Of a stretch of DNA of 64,000 nucleotides, positions 32,798 through 40,051 are shown in pieces. Numbering within the stretch: position 1 is the first letter of the stretch; each line of letters opens with the position of its first letter. Source of the stretch: Candidatus Spongiisociaceae bacterium (lineage in GTDB: Bacteria > Actinomycetota > Acidimicrobiia > Spongiisociales > Spongiisociaceae); contig OZ241841.1 in assembly GCA_965202665.1 (NCBI GenBank), positions 1 to 64,000 on the forward strand. The letters are read 5' to 3'. The notes beneath the pieces were generated by a model. The model searched no databases, was not told the origin of the DNA, and saw nothing but the letters and a program-made list of their open reading frames with translations. The position numbers were made by a program, and so were the translations under genes.

Positions 32798-34209
32798 CCT
32801 CACAATACGATCTTTCCTCCTTGCCCGTCGACGGTCCGGACAGTTACGTGTTGCGTATGGACCGCGTGCTGATCGCGGCGGCGGCGGGGGACGCTTTGGG
32901 ATGGATGACCGAATCCATCCGCGACGTTGAACAGTTGCGGAACCGGTTCAACACCGACTGGCTGACCTACTACCGAGACTGGAGCAAACCGGAAGGAGGC
33001 GCCCGGAGCTACATTGACCGAATCCGCCGGGGCGACTACTCCGATGACACGCAGCTGACTTTGGCCACCGCCCGGTCGCTACGGGGAGACGGCTCGCTGG
33101 ACGCCGGCTATTTCGCCCATTGGGAACTGCCCGCCTGGCTGGACTATGCACGGGGAGCGGGCTCGGCCACCCTGGCCGCCGCCCGGAACTTCCAACGTAA
33201 TTCGGTTCGCTGGAACCAAAACTTCTACACCTACACTCGCCGTCATCAGACTTTTGACTACCGGGACGCGGGGGGCAACGGTGCGGCGATGCGGGTTGCG
33301 CCCATCGCCTTGGCCAACCTGGCCGACCCGGATCTGATAACCGAGGGGGTGTGGCGCTCGGCGATCACCACCCACGGCCATCCGCGGGCGGTGTTGGGGG
33401 CTTTGCTCTACGCACACGCCTTGCAACTCTGCTTCATCGGCCAAAAGTCGCTTTCCAAATCGGATCTGGTCGAAGAGCTGGCCGGACGGTTGGAGCGAAC
33501 CGACCCGCCCCCGACTCCGGAGTTCGATGAATGGGTGGCCGTATGGAACCGGGGCGCAGACACATCTTTCGCCAACCTGATGGAAAAAGTCGCCCAGGAG
33601 ACGGCAGCCGACCTCATTCACTTGGCGGAGCTTTCCTCGGACGCAACGACCACCCGCCGTTTCATGGAAGCGCTGGGATGCTTCCGACCGGAGACGAAAG
33701 GCTCGGGAACGGGCACCGTTCTAGCCGCGTTGGCCATAGCGTTGCAGGAGCGGGACGACGTCCACCAGGCCATCCCTTGGACGATCAATCAGCTGGGTTC
33801 CGACACCGACACCATCGGTTCCTTCGTAGGAGGGTTGTGCGGAGCCATCTACGGAACGGATTTCGCCCAATCCGTCTGGTTCTACGAACTGCAGGATCAC
33901 GACGGGTTGTCAATGGCCGCCAACCGGATGGGGCGCATCGTCCGCCGGGAGGAGGCAGCGGAGCCTTGTCCCGCTTCAAACCAAACTCATTGGAAAGAAA
34001 ACCTCCCCAAAGCGCCGGACAGCATCCGTTCCGGTGTTCTGTCCGAAGGAGACTGGGTGTTTCATCACCTTTTCGGCCATGGCAAGATCGACGAAATTGA
34101 AACCCAACCTTTCAGAAACGACTCCGACGGCCAAGTTCGCTTAGTGCGCGCCGACTTCAACAACGGCCAAAGTTGCAAGTTCCGCAGTTTACAATCTCTT
34201 CAGATTTAA
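32794..34209 (+). CDS. ADP-ribosylglycohydrolase (ARH/DraG family) copy 1 with C-terminal Tudor/SH3-like domain
   Basis: GDALG, YSDDTQL, GNGAAMRVAP, THGHP, GSDTDTIG; ATGA overlap with the darT stop. Confidence 0.9.
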   Translation: MTSQYDLSSLPVDGPDSYVLRMDRVLIAAAAGDALGWMTESIRDVEQLRNRFNTDWLTYYRDWSKPEGGARSYIDRIRRGDYSDDTQLTLATARSLRGDGSLDAGYFAHWELPAWLDYARGAGSATLAAARNFQRNSVRWNQNFYTYTRRHQTFDYRDAGGNGAAMRVAPIALANLADPDLITEGVWRSAITTHGHPRAVLGALLYAHALQLCFIGQKSLSKSDLVEELAGRLERTDPPPTPEFDEWVAVWNRGADTSFANLMEKVAQETAADLIHLAELSSDATTTRRFMEALGCFRPETKGSGTGTVLAALAIALQERDDVHQAIPWTINQLGSDTDTIGSFVGGLCGAIYGTDFAQSVWFYELQDHDGLSMAANRMGRIVRREEAAEPCPASNQTHWKENLPKAPDSIRSGVLSEGDWVFHHLFGHGKIDEIETQPFRNDSDGQVRLVRADFNNGQSCKFRSLQSLQI

Positions 34210-34289
34210 TGGAGGAGTAGGGGGTTAGGACCGCGGCACTGGACCGGAGTGGCGGCCCGCCCCGTCGCCGAGGCTGGCACCGCGTCGAA

Positions 34290-34409
34290 TGGATGATGTC
34301 TTTTTTGCCGAAAACAGCCCTCGGCCAGCCGATCACGGTCACAACCCGGGGACTGTGGGATTTCGGATTTCCGCTAAACTGGCTTCCCAATGAAAGGGCA
34401 CGGCTATGA
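34290..34409 (+). pseudogene. 3' remnant of a second darT-like gene
   Basis: MMSFLPKTALGQPITVTTRGLWDFGFPLNWLPNERARL* aligns with the DarT tail MDYWIPKIEGLFPHPPLTADVRYLWGYAFPVDWSPSERIRP*; same ATGA overlap with the next ARH. Confidence 0.7.
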
Positions 34410-35833
34410 CCTCGCAATTTGATATCTCCTCGTTGCCCGACGGGGGTCCGGACGGCTTTTACTATCGTTTGGACTGCGTACTGATGGCGGCCGCGGCGGG
34501 TGATGCGCTGGGGTGGATGACCGAATCGGTCCGCGACGTTGAACAGTTGCGTAACCGGTTCGGCACCGACTGGCTGACCTACTACAGGGACTGGAGCAAG
34601 CCGGAGGGAGGCCGACGCGGATACATGGACCGCATCCGCCGGGGCGACTATTCGGACGATACGCAACTGACGTTGGCCACCGCACGGTCGTTGCGCGGGG
34701 ACGGATCGCTGGACGCCGAACATTTCGCCTACCGGGAGTTGCCCGCTTGGTTGGACTACGCGAGAGGAGCCGGGGCGGCCACGCGAGCCGCCGCCCGGGC
34801 CTTTCGGAAACAGTCGGTACGCTGGAACAAAAACTTCTACACCTATACCCGCCGTCACCAAACCTGCGATTACCGGGATGCGGGGGGCAATGGGGTAGCG
34901 ATGCGGGTTGCGCCCATCGCTTTGGCCAACTTGGCCGACCCGGATCTGATAACCGAGGGGGTGTGGCGTTCTGCCATCACCACCCACGGCCACCCGCGGG
35001 CGGTAGCGGGGGCACTGCTCTACGCCCACGCCCTGCGCCTGTGTTTCATGCGCCGCCGTTCTTTGACCAGATCCTATTTGGCCGGGAACCTGACGGAGCT
35101 GTTGGAGGGCGCCGCCCCTCCCGCCGTCCCGGAGTTCGATGAATGGCTGGCCATATGGAACCGGCGAGCCGACACGACCTTCGGCAACCTGCTGGAAAAA
35201 GTAGCGGGAGAAGCGGCCGCCGACCTCGCCCACTTAGCGGAACTGCCCGCTGATGACGAGCGGTCCACCCGCCGTTACATGGAGGTTCTGGGATGTTTCC
35301 GCCCCGAAACGAAAGGTTCGGGAACCGGCACCGTCCTCGCCGCCCTCGCCATAGCAACCGAAGAAAGGGACGACATCCAGCAGGCACTCCCTTGGACCAT
35401 CAACCAACTGGGTTCCGACACCGACACCATCGGCTCCTTCGTAGGAGGACTATGCGGAGCCGTCCATGGGGTGGACTTTGCGCAAAGCATTTGGTTCTAC
35501 GAACTGCAGGACCATGATGGGATATCGCATGCGTCGCGATGCATAGGACATATAGCCAACCGCCTCCATCCATTCCAAACCGTTTCCGTTCCCCCGCGCA
35601 ACGGAGCCAAAGGCCAACCCCCCTTGTTGACGGAGCGCATAAAAGCGGAGGACCTTGCCGAAGGCCAATGGGTTTTTCACTCCATCTTCCGCGAAGGAAA
35701 AATAGAAAAAATAGAAACCCGCCCCCTGCGCAACCAACCGGACCGCCAAGTCCGACTAGTCCGCGTGTGCTTCGAAAACGGCCAAAGTTGCAAGTTCCGC
35801 AGTTTCGTTCCATCCGGCATTAGCTCGCGCTGA
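34406..35833 (+). CDS. ADP-ribosylglycohydrolase copy 2 with C-terminal Tudor/SH3-like domain
   Basis: Same catalytic motifs; long identical peptide stretches with copy 1. Confidence 0.9.
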   Translation: MTSQFDISSLPDGGPDGFYYRLDCVLMAAAAGDALGWMTESVRDVEQLRNRFGTDWLTYYRDWSKPEGGRRGYMDRIRRGDYSDDTQLTLATARSLRGDGSLDAEHFAYRELPAWLDYARGAGAATRAAARAFRKQSVRWNKNFYTYTRRHQTCDYRDAGGNGVAMRVAPIALANLADPDLITEGVWRSAITTHGHPRAVAGALLYAHALRLCFMRRRSLTRSYLAGNLTELLEGAAPPAVPEFDEWLAIWNRRADTTFGNLLEKVAGEAAADLAHLAELPADDERSTRRYMEVLGCFRPETKGSGTGTVLAALAIATEERDDIQQALPWTINQLGSDTDTIGSFVGGLCGAVHGVDFAQSIWFYELQDHDGISHASRCIGHIANRLHPFQTVSVPPRNGAKGQPPLLTERIKAEDLAEGQWVFHSIFREGKIEKIETRPLRNQPDRQVRLVRVCFENGQSCKFRSFVPSGISSR

Positions 35834-37206
35834 TGACATCGGAGCGGATTTCCGAGCACTTGGAAAGCGCGCTGTTCGCCAACGCCTGCGGGGACGCGCT
35901 GGGGTGGATTACGGAAATGAATCAAGACCCCTCCAGGTTGTGGCGGATCATTGGCTCCAGCTGGCTAACCGACTTTGCGGACTGGTCGAAATCCGCTGGC
36001 GCGGGCGGCGGGATCAGGTACGTGGACATGGTGCGCGCAGGTGAATATTCCGACGACACGCAGTTGACTTTGGCCATCTTCCGTTCTTTGCGGGGCGACG
36101 GCTCCTTCGATGGCGACCATTTCACCGGCCGGGAGCTGGCGAAGTATCTGGATTACGCACGCGGGGCCGGGGCGGCCACGGTAGGGGCTTGCCTGGCCTG
36201 CCGGAGACGGCCGACTAGGTGGAATGACAACTTTTTCACCTACGGATACCGCGGCCGGCGGGATTACCGGAGCGGAGGCGGCAACGGGGCGGCGATGAGA
36301 GTGTCGCCGGTCGCTTTGGCGAACTTGCGCAACCCGGAGCAACTGGAGGACGGCGTGTGGCGGTCGTCGGTGGCGACGCACGGCCATCCCACCGCCGTCT
36401 TGGGTTCCCTGCTCTTCGCCCACGCCCTGCGCCTGTGCCTGGAAAGACGAGAGCCCGTGCCGCGCTCCGAACTGGTCGGAGAGTTGATTCCGGTTATCGC
36501 CGGGGCCGCTCCTCCGCCGACCCCGGAGTTTGAACATTGGGTGGACGTTTGGAACCGGTCTTACGATCTGGTCTGGGACGAACTCCCTTTTGAGGAACTG
36601 TTGGATAAGCGAGCCGGTGAAGTGGTCGGTCAACTGGAACAGCTGGCGGAGATTCCTTCTGAACCGGAGGCCACCCGCGCCTTTATGGAGGACGTGGGCT
36701 GTTTCAGCGGGGGAACCTTCGGCTCCGGAACCGGCACCACTTTGGCGGCCCTGGCTATCTACCTGCAAGACCGGAACGATCCCCGGTCGGCCATCCCATG
36801 GGCAGTCAACCAGCTGGGTTCCGACACGGACAGCATCGCCGGGTTCGTGGGAGGAATGTGCGGAGCGTCTTACGGCCGGGAGGCCATCCCGTCTCACTGG
36901 TTCCACCAGGTGCAGGACTCCCAGTACCTGGCCTATGCGGCCCGTTGCCTGGAGGGGGTAATCAACGGCCGTACCAACGCCGGCGACAATTTCCTTCCCG
37001 AACCAACGGATGAGGACGCCCTCCTGCCGCAACTGCCCGAATGTTTGGAATCACACGATCTCGGCGCGGGAGACCGGGTTTTCCACCCCATTTTGGGAAC
37101 CGGGGAAATAGAAGATGTAGAAACCCAATACGACAATCGCGTCCGTCTTACCAGAGTAACCTTCGATCAAGGCCAAAGCTGCAAATTCAAATACGTGCTT
37201 CCCTAA
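35833..37206 (+). CDS. ADP-ribosylglycohydrolase copy 3 (more divergent) with C-terminal Tudor/SH3-like domain
   Basis: GDALG, YSDDTQL, GNGAAMRVSP, GSDTDSIAG; TGATG overlap with copy 2. Confidence 0.9.
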   Translation: MTSERISEHLESALFANACGDALGWITEMNQDPSRLWRIIGSSWLTDFADWSKSAGAGGGIRYVDMVRAGEYSDDTQLTLAIFRSLRGDGSFDGDHFTGRELAKYLDYARGAGAATVGACLACRRRPTRWNDNFFTYGYRGRRDYRSGGGNGAAMRVSPVALANLRNPEQLEDGVWRSSVATHGHPTAVLGSLLFAHALRLCLERREPVPRSELVGELIPVIAGAAPPPTPEFEHWVDVWNRSYDLVWDELPFEELLDKRAGEVVGQLEQLAEIPSEPEATRAFMEDVGCFSGGTFGSGTGTTLAALAIYLQDRNDPRSAIPWAVNQLGSDTDSIAGFVGGMCGASYGREAIPSHWFHQVQDSQYLAYAARCLEGVINGRTNAGDNFLPEPTDEDALLPQLPECLESHDLGAGDRVFHPILGTGEIEDVETQYDNRVRLTRVTFDQGQSCKFKYVLP

Positions 37207-37210
37207 AGGT

Positions 37211-40051
37211 TCAGGCTCCAGCATCCAGGCGGGCAATCAGTCGGGGAACGTCCTGCTCAAATACCAGTCCGAAGTTTTCCCATTTGCCCCAGCGACCGTC
37301 CTTGTTGACCGCTTTTAGCCACAAATTCAGATACTGCTGCTTCGCGCTCGCCTCCGCCTCGGTCGCTCCTTTCGTCTCCACAATCAAATTCGTTTCGTCT
37401 TCCCTTAGGCAAGACCTTTCTCCCGCCGGACGCAGGCGAACTACGAAATCCGGATAGTAAGGCACTGACCGCCCTTCGAACACATAATCCACCTTGAAAC
37501 CGATGTGCTCGCGGTCATTTTTAACCCAACCCGCAACGTTTCTATGGCCGGAGAAAATCCTTCCCGCATGCTTTTCCAAACCGGAGTCGTATACGCCGAC
37601 ATTCAGGTGAGTGCGTCCCACGTTGCCGTCTATCAATTCAGGACGGCGACGGGTCACCCATGGACGCATTTCCCTGGTAGATAAAACAGGGCGGTGGGGG
37701 TTTTCGTAGACCCCTTCCATCATATGATATTCTTCCTGAAATAGATGGGGGCGAAGGTGTCGCACTATCTGTCCCAGCCCGGCCTTGATAACCATCTTTT
37801 CAGAAACGCCGTTGCCCACTATTTGCAACATCTCAGGGTTTTTCACAAACTCCAGCATCACCATGGCCAGCTGGCCCCACATGGCGGCACCGCCGTCCGG
37901 CCATCCCTCCCGGCTCCGGTAAAACACCCGGGCCGCATCGAAGGCCAAAGTTTGCAACCGTATCTCCTCCAGTTTGTCGCGTAGCACCGTCTCATCGGGT
38001 TCGGCGGTAACGTACTCCAATGTTTTAGCCATTCCCGCTTCGGTAAAAACCTCATCCGCCCGCAACAGAAGGGGCTCTACATCTTCCCAGTCTATTTTGA
38101 GTGTCTGACGAGGCATGGTTTCCACTCGCAACAGAGCGGGCCAGGCGACCTCGAACTTGCGGTTTTTCTCCACGGTGTATACGTCCACCGGTGGATGCGT
38201 AATCCTCTCACGGGCGGTGGACGTCTCCTTTTCGGCTAGCAACAAGGTGAATGGAACTCCGAAAATGCGCACATATTCGGGTTCAAAGGATCCGTCTGCG
38301 TTCAACTCGTAGGAAGTGCGGCGCAAACCGCGTCCGATTACCTGCTCGCATAAGAGTTGGCTTGTGAAAGCCCTCAACCCCATAATGTGCGTGACCGTTT
38401 TGGCATCCCACCCTTCGGAAATCATATTCACGGCGATGACATGCCTGATTTGCCCGCCGGGGGAACCTTCCACCCCCACGGTTTTGGCAATTTCCCGTAG
38501 CCGCTCCGCCTGTTCCCCCGCTTTACCGGCAACCCGCTCCCCGGCCTCTAATTTTTTCACCGCCTTGATGGTCGTACTGTCATAGTGGAGCGTGGTTTCC
38601 TTATCGATCAATTCGTCATTAACCAGCTTCAAATCAACAAATAGCCTTTTCACACGCTCCGCCGTCTCCGTTCTGTTGCAGATGCTGACCATAACCGGCG
38701 GAACCGATGAACTCTGCTCTCCCCATTCCTTGAGCGTGTCCGACCATGATCCGGCCAGCAGTTGGTATGCCGACACCACGAGCGGTGGCAAGGGCTCTCC
38801 TATCATATTTTTCCCGCCGCGTAAGTTTTCTTTGACGCCTTCTTCTTCATATAGATGAAACAGTTTGCTGCGCCTCTCCTCCCCTCCTGCTTCCAATCCA
38901 GGGAGCGGTTCGTCGTCCGGCGTGGTCAGGTTATCCTCGGCGGCGATACGCGGCGTCTTTACCAGCCCTGATTCGATTGCGTCGGATAAGCCGAAGTCGG
39001 ACACCACCCATGGGAACAGCCGCTCCTCCCGTTGCGTTTTCTTCCCAGGAGGAGGAAACGGGGTGGCGGTGAAATCGTAGCAACGAACAAGTTTTCCCAT
39101 CTTGTGGAGCCTGTCCAAACCCTGAATCCACACCGTGGCCGTTTCTCGATCCTCTTTTTTGTACTCGGTGAGTTTGGCATTCGACGGCACCCGCCAGGCG
39201 TGATGAGCCTCGTCGTTGAACACCAGAAACGGCTCCGTCAAATCCAGCATGCGGTTGAAAACCCGAGTTGCGAAGGCGCGATCCGTTTCCGGATCCAGTT
39301 TTACGACGCCCCGGCCCGACTCGGTTTGCGGGGCCAGTTTATGCCAGTTGGTTATCAGCAACTTCACCCGATTGAGTTTCTGCCGGAAACCGCCGCCGGG
39401 CGGCACCAGGGCAAAAAGGTCGTAATAATTGTCAGTATGGGAGGGTAGCAAAACCTGTAACCGATCCCGTACCGTAAGATTGGGCGCCAGAATCAGAAAA
39501 TTCTTCACCCAGCCGCGCTCTCTACGTCGCGCTTTATCGGCCCCGGCATAGTTCAAAGATTGCCAGGCAATCAACATTGCCATCAGCACCGTTTTGCCGG
39601 TTCCGGTGGCCATCTTGGCGCACCATCTTTCCAGCGAACCCCCATCTCCGGTAATCCGTTGCGCAACACTCCGGCCGGTGGCGTCTTCTGTGAGAAAAAT
39701 GATAGTCTCGGCCGCTTCCAGTTGCGCGTAAAACAACTTGTGTTCCCGCTCAGGATTTTCCCAATGTTCCAACAGCCGTCTAGTAATAGAGGTAAGACCG
39801 GGACGGCCTCGGCTTCGCCAGCGGATAAGGGCCTCCCTAATGTCATTAACCAACTGCAGAGGCTCTTCTATAAAATCGCCACTTCGAGGTTCGCGCAACT
39901 GGTAGGTGGCGTATCGCCGATGATGCACCAGTTCGAACTCTTTGGTCTCCCGGTTGAGTTTCCAATGCTTATCCGGACAGCTGAACGGCCTGTTGATAAT
40001 CAAATCTCCATCCACCCCCAACACCGTTCTGTCCATGGTATCAGTACCCAT
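37211..40051 (-). CDS. res: Type III restriction endonuclease (Res subunit, SF2 helicase plus PD-(D/E)xK nuclease)
   Basis: KMATGTGKT, NDEAHH, TATP, EGWD, EQVIGRGLRR, YYPDF...VETKG. Confidence 0.88.
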   Translation of the reverse strand: MGTDTMDRTVLGVDGDLIINRPFSCPDKHWKLNRETKEFELVHHRRYATYQLREPRSGDFIEEPLQLVNDIREALIRWRSRGRPGLTSITRRLLEHWENPEREHKLFYAQLEAAETIIFLTEDATGRSVAQRITGDGGSLERWCAKMATGTGKTVLMAMLIAWQSLNYAGADKARRRERGWVKNFLILAPNLTVRDRLQVLLPSHTDNYYDLFALVPPGGGFRQKLNRVKLLITNWHKLAPQTESGRGVVKLDPETDRAFATRVFNRMLDLTEPFLVFNDEAHHAWRVPSNAKLTEYKKEDRETATVWIQGLDRLHKMGKLVRCYDFTATPFPPPGKKTQREERLFPWVVSDFGLSDAIESGLVKTPRIAAEDNLTTPDDEPLPGLEAGGEERRSKLFHLYEEEGVKENLRGGKNMIGEPLPPLVVSAYQLLAGSWSDTLKEWGEQSSSVPPVMVSICNRTETAERVKRLFVDLKLVNDELIDKETTLHYDSTTIKAVKKLEAGERVAGKAGEQAERLREIAKTVGVEGSPGGQIRHVIAVNMISEGWDAKTVTHIMGLRAFTSQLLCEQVIGRGLRRTSYELNADGSFEPEYVRIFGVPFTLLLAEKETSTARERITHPPVDVYTVEKNRKFEVAWPALLRVETMPRQTLKIDWEDVEPLLLRADEVFTEAGMAKTLEYVTAEPDETVLRDKLEEIRLQTLAFDAARVFYRSREGWPDGGAAMWGQLAMVMLEFVKNPEMLQIVGNGVSEKMVIKAGLGQIVRHLRPHLFQEEYHMMEGVYENPHRPVLSTREMRPWVTRRRPELIDGNVGRTHLNVGVYDSGLEKHAGRIFSGHRNVAGWVKNDREHIGFKVDYVFEGRSVPYYPDFVVRLRPAGERSCLREDETNLIVETKGATEAEASAKQQYLNLWLKAVNKDGRWGKWENFGLVFEQDVPRLIARLDAGA

